This document shows, one piece after another, positions 46,285 to 54,973 of a DNA stretch of 64,000 bases; the first letter of the stretch is position 1; every line of letters starts with the position of its first letter. The translations under genes were made by a program, and so were the position numbers. The notes beneath the pieces were generated by a model. That model saw nothing but the letters and a program-made list of their open reading frames with translations, did no database searches and was not told the DNA's origin. The stretch comes from an uncultured Alphaproteobacteria bacterium (GTDB taxonomy: Bacteria; Pseudomonadota; Alphaproteobacteria; Rhizobiales; Xanthobacteraceae), in assembly GCA_963807665.1 (NCBI GenBank), contig CAWEDE010000028.1, positions 11,357-75,356 of the forward strand. The letters run 5' to 3'.

Positions 46285-46449
46285 AACGACACTCAGGTTG
46301 GTACAGCTAAGCGTATTAGTCTGCGGCGTCTTTTTGCTTCGGAACAGGCTTAAACGCAGATGAACCTTTACAGAAAGCAAATTCCAACTGTACCGCTCGT
46401 TTTCTGGGACCGCCCTCCGGTGTCTGAGGCGGTCGCCAGTTCTTGCGCC

Positions 46450-47347
46450 TCAGCATCCTGCTATTGCCACTCCGAAGATATTGGCATTGTCCCGATTGTT
46501 ATATTTGAATTGGCATTCCGCGATGTACAGCGGCAGGTACTTTTCGCTGACCTTGTGATACGAGCCGACAATCGATCGTTTGAAGATCGACCAGAAGCCT
46601 TCAATGGTTTGAGTGTGGACCGCGCCAACAACATATTGCTTGGCACTGTGTTTCACGAATTGATGCGGGTATTCGCCAAGTCCCTTGTAGGCAACCTGTT
46701 CATCGCTCGCCAGCAAGCTAACCTTGGTCGAAACGGTTTCCCGAACGAAACGCTGCATATCGACAGCCGACAGGGTGCCAAGTACGCGGGTAACGACGCT
46801 GCCCTTGCGCTCGACCGCGCCGATGATCGCCGTCTTAAGGTGCGAGCCATGCTTGTGGTCATGCCCGCGTTTGGATTTGTGTTTGTTGTAGCCTTTGCCG
46901 CCGATAAAAGTTTCGTCCACCTCGACAATACCCATCAGCTTGCGAAATTCTTTATCCTGCAACGCCGTGCGGATGCGGTGGCAAACGTACCACGCCGTCT
47001 TGTAGCTTCCGAAGCCCATGTAGCCGCTGAATTTGCATGGCGCTGATGCCCTTCTTTGCGCCAAGCATCAGGTGAATGACCTTGAACCAGTCTTTCAGGT
47101 CGATCTTGGTGTTCTCAAAGATGGTGCCGACAAGGTGCGAGAAACGATAAGCGCCTCCCTCACGGCAATCGGAGCATTCCCACTTAAATTTCATGGTTTG
47201 GAGCGGATAGACGTTTGTAGAGCCGCAGCGCGGGCAATGAACGCCCTTCGGCCAGCGGTTCGCCACAAGGTAGTTGTCGCAAGCTTCCTCATTCGGGAAA
47301 AGCTTGTCAAATTGGGGTGCCGTCAACTGATTGGTTTTCTTAGTCAT
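46450..47347 (-). CDS. IS1595 family (ISXO2-like) DDE transposase (frameshift near 47025)
   Basis: RWP.G..CPRCG zinc ribbon, GTIFENTK, SYKTAW, VEVDETFIGG, SDE, HTQTIEGFWS.FKR, YNNR. Confidence 0.92.
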
Positions 47348-47459
47348 TTTCGCCTCTCCGATTGTGAGGCAAGAAATAGCATGTTAAAACCAATCCGTCA
47401 AGTAGGGGATAATCGCCTTTTAAGTCAGGTCAAGCGGGATTTTCTTCCGTCCACACCCG

Positions 47460-47474
47460 GTTCATATTTTGTTC
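47460..47474. promoter_or_regulatory. Alphaproteobacterial LexA (SOS) box GTTC-N7-GTTC
   Basis: GTTCatattttGTTC ending 36 bp before the helicase ATG and upstream of a TGcTTTAAT extended -10-like element. Confidence 0.75.
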
Positions 47475-47510
47475 TTTGGCGATCGGGCCGGATGCTTTAA
47501 TGGTTCGGCC

Positions 47511-48620
47511 ATGCCCGAATTCACTCCCCACCAGGACGACGCCCTCAAAGCCGTAGCGGCCTGGATCAAGGCCAAGCCCGGCTCGAACGGCACGCCACAA
47601 GTATTCCGCCTGTTCGGCTTTGCCGGCACCGGCAAGACCACGCTCGCCACCCATATCGCCGATGACATCGACGGCGAGGTGAAGTTCGCGGCCTTCACCG
47701 GCAAAGCCGCTTCGGTGATGCGCGGCAAAGGCTGCCGCGGCGCCCAGACCATTCACAGCCTGATCTACCGCGCGCGCGAGAGCGGCGAGGAAGTGCCGAG
47801 TTTCGACCTGTGGGACGAGGCCCCCGCCTCCAAGGCCGAGCTCATCATCATCGACGAATGTTCGATGGTGGATGCCGAACTCGGCCGAGACCTCTTGTCG
47901 TTCGGGGTGCCTCTATTGGTGCTGGGCGATCCGGCGCAATTGCCGCCAATCCAGGGCGGCGGATTTTTCACCGAAGCCGAGCCCGACGTGATGCTCACCG
48001 AAGTGCACAGGCAAGCGCAGGACAATCCGATCATCCGGCTGTCGATGGACATTCGCGCCGGCGATTATCTCGAGCCCGGCCGCTATGGCGAGAGCGAAGT
48101 GGTGGCCAAGGCCGATCTCGATCCCGAGCGCGTGCTCAAGGCCGACCAGGTTCTGGTCGGCCGCAACGCCACGCGGCGCGCTTACAACATCCGCATGCGC
48201 CAGCGGCGCGGCTTCGAGGACGTGATGCCGTCGGCCGGCGACAAGCTGGTATGCCTGCGCAACAACCGCAAGAAGGGCCTGTTCAATGGCGGGCTGTGGT
48301 CAGTGAAGGAGCGCGGCGGGCGCAAGAGCGGCATCATGACCATGCGGCTATTGCCGGACGACGAGACCGGCATGCGCGGCGTCAAAGTATCAGTGCGGCC
48401 GGAATGTTTCACCGGCGGCATCGAGCAGATCGACTGGCAGCGCAGGAAACCCTACGACGAATTCGATTACGGCTATGTACTCACCGTGCACAAGGCGCAA
48501 GGCTCGCAATGGGACGACGTCGTGCTGTTCGACGAGTCTTTTGCGTTCCCAGAATCGCGCGAGCGCTGGCTCTATACCGGCATCACGCGGGCTGCGAAGC
48601 GGTTGACGGTGGTGATGTAG
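47511..48620 (+). CDS. RecD-like ATP-dependent SF1B DNA helicase (short type)
   Basis: GFAGTGKTT, AFTGKAA, TIHSLIY, DECSM, GDPAQLPP, LTEVHRQ, TVHKAQGSQW, WLYTGITRA. Confidence 0.92.
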   Translation: MPEFTPHQDDALKAVAAWIKAKPGSNGTPQVFRLFGFAGTGKTTLATHIADDIDGEVKFAAFTGKAASVMRGKGCRGAQTIHSLIYRARESGEEVPSFDLWDEAPASKAELIIIDECSMVDAELGRDLLSFGVPLLVLGDPAQLPPIQGGGFFTEAEPDVMLTEVHRQAQDNPIIRLSMDIRAGDYLEPGRYGESEVVAKADLDPERVLKADQVLVGRNATRRAYNIRMRQRRGFEDVMPSAGDKLVCLRNNRKKGLFNGGLWSVKERGGRKSGIMTMRLLPDDETGMRGVKVSVRPECFTGGIEQIDWQRRKPYDEFDYGYVLTVHKAQGSQWDDVVLFDESFAFPESRERWLYTGITRAAKRLTVVM

Positions 48621-48621
48621 G

Positions 48622-49026
48622 CTACAACCACCCTTCCCGCTCGAAATGTTCGCGCAGGATGTTGACGTTGCGGCGGTTGGCGCGGAAGCCGACGTCGAAC
48701 AGGTCACCGATGAACGGCACAGCGCCGACAACGCCCTCGATCGCGACATTGGCGACCATGCGGGCGAAGACCTGGCGCGGCACGTCGAGGCGGTGGGCTT
48801 CATAGAGCAGATAGCATGACAGCGCCGAAGCGGCGGCATCGCCGATGCCCGGCACCAGCCGCATGATCAACTCGACGCCGAAACGAATATTCGTGCCCGG
48901 CAAAATGAAGGCGGTGTCGAACAGGTGCGCCAGCATGTCGAGCCGTTCGAGCGCGGCGCGTTTGGAATAATCGGCCTGCGCGCGATGGCCGCGCTCGCCC
49001 GGCGGGGTGATGTCGATCGTTGCCAT
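48622..49026 (-). CDS. DUF4112 domain protein
   Basis: LFDTAF.LPGT.IRFG, VPGIGD, GDLFDV.FRAN.RN. Confidence 0.88.
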   Translation of the reverse strand: MATIDITPPGERGHRAQADYSKRAALERLDMLAHLFDTAFILPGTNIRFGVELIMRLVPGIGDAAASALSCYLLYEAHRLDVPRQVFARMVANVAIEGVVGAVPFIGDLFDVGFRANRRNVNILREHFEREGWL

Positions 49027-49098
49027 TAAAGACAGATAGTAAGCGCCGGCGCGGGCGCAAGATTGATGTCAAATGACGTAGCTGCAGAGTGCCCTCCG

Positions 49099-49177
49099 CT
49101 CATTCCAGCGCAAGCGGGAATCCAGAGCTGCAAGCGTTGAATGTGACGCCCTGGGTCCCCGCTTTGGCGGGGACAAG
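49099..49177. repeat. Inverted dimer of REP-like palindromes, degenerate copy
   Basis: tcattccagcgcaagcgggaatccag...ctgggtccccgctttggcggggaca; same family as 15533-15612. Confidence 0.75.
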
Positions 49178-49189
49178 CGGAAGAAGCTG

Positions 49190-51397
49190 TTACGCCGCCT
49201 CTTTCTTCTTCTGCGGCGCGAAGCGGCCGTAGAAGGTCTCGTTGTGATCGGCGAGATCGATCAGCAATTTCGACGGCGCAAAGCGCGCGCCATATTTGGC
49301 TTCGAGCTTGCGGCACAGCGCGACGAATTTCTTGGTGCCCATCATGTCGATGTAGGACAGCGTGCCGCCGGTAAACGGCGCGAAACCGAAACCGAGGATC
49401 GAGCCGACATCGGCCTCGCGCACGTCGGTGAGCACCTGCTCCTCGAAGCAGCGCGCGGTTTCCAGCGCCTGCATGGCGAGCAAGCGGTCTTTCATTTCCT
49501 GCACGTCGATCGTGTCGGGGTCAAGCTTCACCGGCTGGAGATCGGCGAGGCCCGGCCATAATTTTTTTGGCCCGCTGGCCGGATAATCGTAGAAGCCCTT
49601 GCCGTTCTTGCGGCCGAAGCGGCCGCGCTTTTCGACCATGTCCTCCAGCAAGATCTTCTGGCGCGGATCGATCGCCTCGGCGCCGAGATCGGCCTCGGTG
49701 GCCTTGAGGATTTTCCAGGCCAGATCGACCGCGACTTCGTCGTTGAGCGAGAGCGGGCCGACCGGCATGCCGGCCATGCGGCCGACATTTTCGATCATCG
49801 CCGCCGGCACGCCTTCCGCCAGCATCAAGTGACCTTCGCGGATATAGGTGCCGACCACGCGCGAGGTGTAGAAACCGCGCGAGTCATTCACCACAATCGG
49901 CGTCTTGCGGATGGCGCGCACATAATCGAGCGCGACAGCGAGCGCGCCATCGCCGGTCTTCTTGCCGAGAATAAGCTCGACCAGCATCATGCGGTCGACC
50001 GGCGAGAAAAAGTGAATGCCGATGAAGCGTGCCGAATCCTTGAATTCGGCCGCGAGCGAAGAGATCGGCAGCGTCGAGGTGTTGGACGCAAAGATCGCCT
50101 TGTCGGAAATCACGGCCTGCACCTTGGCGATGACGTCGGACTTGATCTTGCGGTCCTCGAACACGGCTTCGATGATGAGGTCGCAATCTTTCAGCAACGC
50201 GTAGTCGGCGCCGGGCGTGATGAAGCCGAGCAATTCGTCGCGCGCGGCGCTCTTCATGCGGCCCTTGGCGACGCGGTCGCTGAGCGCCTTGTGCAAGGCG
50301 GCTTTGCCCTTGTCGGCGGTTTCCTGATCGCGGTCGATCAGCACAACTTGCAGGCCGGCGGCGGCGCTCACTTGGGCGATGCCGGCGCCCATGAAGCCGG
50401 CGCCGATGACGCCGATTTTCTTGATCTTGGATGGCGGCTCGCCGGCCGGCCGCCGCGCGCCTTTGTTCAAATCCTGCATCGAGACAAACAGCGAGCGGAT
50501 CATCGCGCCGGCTTGCGGCGAGCGCAGGATCTTGGCGAACCAGCGCGATTCGACGCGCAGCGCCGTGTCCATGTCGAGTTGCAGGCCCTCGTAGACGACC
50601 TGCAAGATCGCGCGCGCCGCCGGGTAATTGTCATAAGTCTCGCGGCGATAGATCGCGTTCGCCGCTGGAAAGGTCATCATGCCGGCCTTGGAATAGACCA
50701 AGCCGCCCGGATATTTGAAACCTTTGACGTCCCACGGCGCGACCGCTTTGCCGCCGGCCTTGATCCAGTCCTTGGCGGTTTTCACCAGATCGGCCGCCGG
50801 CACCACGGCATCGATCAGTTTGGCGGCCTTGGCGCGGTCGAGCGACAACTGGTCGCCCTTGAGCAGAAATTGCAACGCGTCGGCCGGCTGCATCATGCGG
50901 GCGATGCGCTGCGTGCCGCCGGCGCCGGGGAAAAGCCCGATCTTGATTTCGGGCAGACCGAGGCGGGTTTTCGGATTTTCCGAAGCGATGCGCTGGTGGC
51001 AGGCAAGCGCGAGTTCAAAGCCGCCGCCCATCGCCGTGCCGTTGAGCGCGCAGACCCACGGCTTGCCGCTGGTCTCAAGCCGCCGATAGAGCTGGGAAAG
51101 CTTGCGGCTTTCCGCGAACACGAAACTGGCGGCTGCTTCTTCGCCCTCATTCTTGACCAGCCCGGCATACATTGCGCCCATGCGCTCCAGCATGGTGAGG
51201 TCGGCGCCGCCGCAAAAGGCATCTTTGCCGGAAGTGATAACCGCACCCTTGATGGCGGCGTCGGTCGCCACCTTCTCGACGATGCCGGCGAGCTCCGCGA
51301 TCACCTCCATGGTGATGACGTTCATCGAGCGGTCGGCCATGTCCCAGGTGACGAGCGCGATGCCGTCGCCATCGACGTCGAATTTGAAATTCGCCAT
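49190..51397 (-). CDS. Fatty acid oxidation complex alpha subunit (enoyl-CoA hydratase / 3-hydroxyacyl-CoA dehydrogenase, FadB/FadJ-like)
   Basis: FCGGADL, GGGFELAL, GLPE...GLFPGAGGT, GAGFMG, EAVFE, SNTSTL, HFFSP. Confidence 0.94.
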   Translation of the reverse strand: MANFKFDVDGDGIALVTWDMADRSMNVITMEVIAELAGIVEKVATDAAIKGAVITSGKDAFCGGADLTMLERMGAMYAGLVKNEGEEAAASFVFAESRKLSQLYRRLETSGKPWVCALNGTAMGGGFELALACHQRIASENPKTRLGLPEIKIGLFPGAGGTQRIARMMQPADALQFLLKGDQLSLDRAKAAKLIDAVVPAADLVKTAKDWIKAGGKAVAPWDVKGFKYPGGLVYSKAGMMTFPAANAIYRRETYDNYPAARAILQVVYEGLQLDMDTALRVESRWFAKILRSPQAGAMIRSLFVSMQDLNKGARRPAGEPPSKIKKIGVIGAGFMGAGIAQVSAAAGLQVVLIDRDQETADKGKAALHKALSDRVAKGRMKSAARDELLGFITPGADYALLKDCDLIIEAVFEDRKIKSDVIAKVQAVISDKAIFASNTSTLPISSLAAEFKDSARFIGIHFFSPVDRMMLVELILGKKTGDGALAVALDYVRAIRKTPIVVNDSRGFYTSRVVGTYIREGHLMLAEGVPAAMIENVGRMAGMPVGPLSLNDEVAVDLAWKILKATEADLGAEAIDPRQKILLEDMVEKRGRFGRKNGKGFYDYPASGPKKLWPGLADLQPVKLDPDTIDVQEMKDRLLAMQALETARCFEEQVLTDVREADVGSILGFGFAPFTGGTLSYIDMMGTKKFVALCRKLEAKYGARFAPSKLLIDLADHNETFYGRFAPQKKKEAA

Positions 51398-51426
51398 GAG
51401 TTTAAAAACTCCCAATTCTTCGGTTT

Positions 51427-51891
51427 CTAAGCGGGATACGGCTCGCCGTTCCTGTGCAGATAGCGGCGGCCTTTTTCGTCGCGCACCAGCACCAGATCGA
51501 CGTCCGGATAATGTACGTGTTCGTTTTGCGAGCGGGTGCCGACTTCGAAATAGACCGCGTCGGCTTTACCGCGGTTGATCAGGCGATGCGCGTTGCCGCT
51601 GCCGGCCTTGAAGCCGGCGGCATCGCCCGCTTTGAGCACCACTTCGCCGCCGTTTTCCGCCAGCACCAGTTCGCCTTCCAGCATGTAGATGAATTCGTCT
51701 TCCTGCTCGTGCCAATGGCGTAGCGCCGAGGCCTGCCCCGCCTCGATGCGCGTGATGTTGACGCCGAACTGGGTGAGACCCACGGCATCGCCCAGCGCCT
51801 GCTTGTGACGGCCCAGACATTCGGCCTGGAATTGCGCCGGATAAAATGTCCCGCTTTTCACCGGCACTTTGGCGATATCGACTTTCGGCAT
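51427..51891 (-). CDS. Cupin domain protein
   Basis: LTQFGVN, RHWHEQEDEF, F.AG..NAH, YPDVD. Confidence 0.88.
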   Translation of the reverse strand: MPKVDIAKVPVKSGTFYPAQFQAECLGRHKQALGDAVGLTQFGVNITRIEAGQASALRHWHEQEDEFIYMLEGELVLAENGGEVVLKAGDAAGFKAGSGNAHRLINRGKADAVYFEVGTRSQNEHVHYPDVDLVLVRDEKGRRYLHRNGEPYPA

Positions 51892-51913
51892 TCGTCGTCC
51901 TCAGGCTTATCAA

Positions 51914-51968
51914 TTCCCCTCCCCCCGCGAGCAAAGCGAGTGGTGGGGAGGGGTTAGGGGTGGGGGGG
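51914..51968. repeat. G-rich hairpin repeat flanking the DUF559 gene (left copy)
   Basis: TTCCCCTCCCCCCGCG..GGGGAGGGGTTAGGGGTGGGGGGG; inverted copy at 52354-52399. Confidence 0.88.
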
Positions 51969-52349
51969 ATTTTCGCCAACCCAATCCTTCAATGCTTCGT
52001 AGATCGCAAGCATGACGGCATCTGTCTCTTTCAACACTTCGTGGTTCCAAAACCGCAGAACGCGATACCGCCGCGACGCCAGGAACCTCGTGCGCGCTTC
52101 ATCTGAAACGATTCGATCCTGTTCGGTAGGCCCGCCACCATCGACTTCAATGACCAGCCTGCATTCATGGCACGCAAAATCCGCGAAATAGGGACCGATG
52201 GTCGCTTGGCGCCGAAAATGCGTGCCTTCAATCGGCCGCCGCCGCAAATGCCACCACAACTTCTTCTCGGCATCAGTCATCGCGCGGCGTAGTGCCCGGG
52301 CGCGCGGCACGCGCTTGTCCTTCTCGCGTGACCGCTGCCCGCTAGGCAC
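51954..52349 (-). CDS. DUF559 family (Vsr-like) endonuclease domain protein
   Basis: [32 protein letters not shown]...[17 protein letters not shown]; GTG start assumed. Confidence 0.85.
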   Translation of the reverse strand: MPSGQRSREKDKRVPRARALRRAMTDAEKKLWWHLRRRPIEGTHFRRQATIGPYFADFACHECRLVIEVDGGGPTEQDRIVSDEARTRFLASRRYRVLRFWNHEVLKETDAVMLAIYEALKDWVGENPPHP

Positions 52350-52353
52350 GAAG

Positions 52354-52399
52354 CCCCCCACCCCTAACCCCTCCCCGCCGCTTCGCGGGGGGAGGGGAA
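52354..52399. repeat. G-rich hairpin repeat flanking the DUF559 gene (right copy, inverted)
   Basis: CCCCCCACCCCTAACCCCTCCCCgccgcttcgcGGGGGGAGGGGAA. Confidence 0.88.
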
Positions 52400-52419
52400 C
52401 GGACGCGCCGTTCATTCGA

Positions 52420-53628
52420 TTACACCCTCTCGATAATCGTCGCGGTGCCCATGCCGATGCCGATGCATAGCGTGACCAGCGCGGTGGACTTGCCGGTACG
52501 CTCCAGTTCGTCAAGCACGGTGCCGAGGATCATGGCGCCGGTGGCCCCGAGCGGATGGCCCATGGCGATGGCGCCGCCGCAGACGTTGATCTTGTCATGC
52601 GGAATTTCGAACGCCTGCATGTAGCGCAGCACCACCGAGGCGAAGGCTTCGTTGAGTTCGAACAAATCGATGTCGCCGATCGACATGCCGGCCTTCTTGA
52701 GCACCTTTTCGGTGACCGGCACCGGACCGGTCAGCATGATCGCGGGCTCCGAGCCGATATTGGCGAACTGGCGGATGCGCGCGCGCGGTTTAAGGCCATT
52801 GCGCTTGCCCGCTTCCTTGCTGCCGATCAGAACAGCGGCGGCGCCGTCGACGATGCCGGACGAATTGCCCGGCGTATGAACGTGATTGACGCCTTCGACC
52901 TCCGGGTAGCGTTGCACCGCGACCGCGTCGAACCCAGCCATCTCGCCCATTTGCACGAAAGACGGCTGCAATTGGCCGAGCGTCTGCATCGTCGTAGCCG
53001 GGCGCATGTGCTCGTCTTTGGCCAAGATGGTGATCCCGTTGACGTCCTTGACCGGCATGATCGAATTCTTAAAGCGGCCCTCGTCCCAGGATTTGCCGGC
53101 CCGCTTCTGGCTTTCGACCGCGTAAGCATCGACGTCATCGCGCGAGAAACCGTATTTGGTAGCGATCAGATCGGCCGAGATGCCTTGCGGCACAAAATAA
53201 GTGGCGACCGCGATCGAAGGATCGACCGGCCACGCGCCGCCGGCGGCGCCGATGCCGACACGGCTCATGGATTCCGCGCCGCCGCCGATGGTCAATTCAT
53301 GTTGGCCGGACATGACCTCAGCGGCGGCGAAATTTACCGCGTCGAGGCCGGAGGCGCAAAACCGGTTGATCTGGATGCCGGGAACATGATCGCCCAGTCC
53401 GGCGACCAGCGCCGCAGCGCGCGCGATATCGCCGCCCGCCTCGCCGACCGGGTCGACGCAGCCCAGCACGACATCGTCGAGATCCCGGGTGTCGAGGTTG
53501 TTGCGGTCCCTGACCGCGGCCAGCGTCTGAGCGGCAAGATTGAGCGCGGTCACCTCATGCAGCGCACCGTCGGGCTTGCCGCGTCCGCGCGGCGTGCGCA
53601 CGTGATCGTAAATGAATGCGTCGGGCAT
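52420..53628 (-). CDS. Acetyl-CoA C-acyltransferase (thiolase)
   Basis: [41 protein letters not shown]. Confidence 0.94.
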   Translation of the reverse strand: MPDAFIYDHVRTPRGRGKPDGALHEVTALNLAAQTLAAVRDRNNLDTRDLDDVVLGCVDPVGEAGGDIARAAALVAGLGDHVPGIQINRFCASGLDAVNFAAAEVMSGQHELTIGGGAESMSRVGIGAAGGAWPVDPSIAVATYFVPQGISADLIATKYGFSRDDVDAYAVESQKRAGKSWDEGRFKNSIMPVKDVNGITILAKDEHMRPATTMQTLGQLQPSFVQMGEMAGFDAVAVQRYPEVEGVNHVHTPGNSSGIVDGAAAVLIGSKEAGKRNGLKPRARIRQFANIGSEPAIMLTGPVPVTEKVLKKAGMSIGDIDLFELNEAFASVVLRYMQAFEIPHDKINVCGGAIAMGHPLGATGAMILGTVLDELERTGKSTALVTLCIGIGMGTATIIERV

Positions 53629-53675
53629 TGTCGGCTTCCTTTTTTTCCTCTACCCGCAGGCGGGGCGAGGTGAAC

Positions 53676-54833
53676 TTACAAACTCCGCGCGATCAGCAGT
53701 TTCATAATCTCGTTGGTGCCAGCATAAATGCGCAGCACCCGCGCATCGCGGTACATACGCGAGATCGGGTATTCGTCCATATAGCCATAGCCGCCGAACA
53801 ATTGCAGGCAGCGGTCGATCACTTTGCCTTGCGTGTCGGTGAGCCGGTATTTCGCCATCGAGGCGGTCACGGTGTCGAGCTTGCCCTCGACATGGAGGCC
53901 GATGCAATGATCGAGGAAAACCTTGGCGATGGTGGCGTCGGTCTTGCACTCGGCCAACTCGAATTGGGTATTCTGGAACTCGATGATGGCCTTGCCGAAG
54001 GCCTTGCGCTGCTTGACATAATCGACGGTCAGCGCGACCGCGCGCTCCATCATCGCCACGGCATGCACCGCGACCATCAGGCGCTCCTGCGGCAGTTCCT
54101 TCATGAGCTGGTAGAAGCCCTGGCCCTCTTCGGTGCCGAGCAGGCTTTCGGCCGGCAGCTTGACGTCGTCGAAGAATAATTCCGAAGTGTCGGCGGAATC
54201 CATGCCGAGCTTCTTGAGCTTGCGGCCGCGGCGGAAGCCCTGCGCGTCCTCGGTCTCGACCACAAACAGCGACGTGCCCTTGGCGCCGGCTTTGGGATCG
54301 GTCTTGGCGACGACGATGATCAGATTGGCGTGCTGGCCATTGGTGATGAAGGTCTTGGAGCCGTTGAGCACATAGCCATTGCCGGATTTTTTCGCACTGG
54401 TGCGCACGCCTTGCAGGTCGGAGCCGGTGCCGGGCTCGGTCATGGCGATGGCGCCGACCATTTCGCCGGTGGCGAGTTTCGGCAGCCAGCGCTTTTTCTG
54501 CTCGTCGGTGCCGTAATGCAGAATGTAGGGCGCGACAATGCCGGAATGCAAAGGCGCTCCGAAGGTGTCGAAACCGGCGAGCGAGAATTCGCGGTTGATC
54601 ACCGCTTCATGCGCAAACGTGCCGCCCGACCCGCCATATTCTTCCGGCATCGATGCGCATAGCAGCCCGGCGGCGCCGGCCTTGGCCCAGACATCGCGGT
54701 CATACATGCCGGCTTCGTGCCAGCGGTCGAGATGGGGCACGAATTCATCGGCGATGAAGCGGCGCGACTGCTCTTCGAGCAGGACGAGGTCCTCGCTCAT
54801 CCATAGCGGGCGCGCAACGTTGAGGGCATTCAT
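53676..54833 (-). CDS. Acyl-CoA dehydrogenase (long-chain type)
   Basis: AMTEPGTGSD, GSKTFITNG, LPQERL, QLFGGYGY, IYAGTNEIMK. Confidence 0.93.
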   Translation of the reverse strand: MNALNVARPLWMSEDLVLLEEQSRRFIADEFVPHLDRWHEAGMYDRDVWAKAGAAGLLCASMPEEYGGSGGTFAHEAVINREFSLAGFDTFGAPLHSGIVAPYILHYGTDEQKKRWLPKLATGEMVGAIAMTEPGTGSDLQGVRTSAKKSGNGYVLNGSKTFITNGQHANLIIVVAKTDPKAGAKGTSLFVVETEDAQGFRRGRKLKKLGMDSADTSELFFDDVKLPAESLLGTEEGQGFYQLMKELPQERLMVAVHAVAMMERAVALTVDYVKQRKAFGKAIIEFQNTQFELAECKTDATIAKVFLDHCIGLHVEGKLDTVTASMAKYRLTDTQGKVIDRCLQLFGGYGYMDEYPISRMYRDARVLRIYAGTNEIMKLLIARSL

Positions 54834-54973
54834 GGTGGCGTTTCCCGGTCGAATCGAGGCTTTGGCCAGCACCATAAGGCCGCTTGGCTTGCCTGTCTTC
54901 ACCCTCCGCTGCAAGGAAAGGTGAAGAGTGGATCGCCCCTCGCCCCAATGCTAGGACCGTCCTGCCGGAATTA

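Larger units (their letters stand above)
45479..47417 (-). mobile_element. IS1595-family insertion sequence with passenger gene (1939 bp)
   Basis: 31-bp terminal IRs starting GGCGATTATCCCCT (3 mismatches), 8-bp direct repeat TTTTAAGT at 45471-45478 and 47418-47425, lower GC, transposase inside. Confidence 0.93.

Noticed and set aside
46952-47064. Programmed frameshift in the transposase
   Set aside because: There is no slippery sequence at the junction, IS1595 transposases are normally single ORFs, and the break matches the window-wide indel pattern.
46360-47500. Plus-strand ORFs 46360..47046 and 47033..47500
   Set aside because: They are antisense to the IS1595 transposase.
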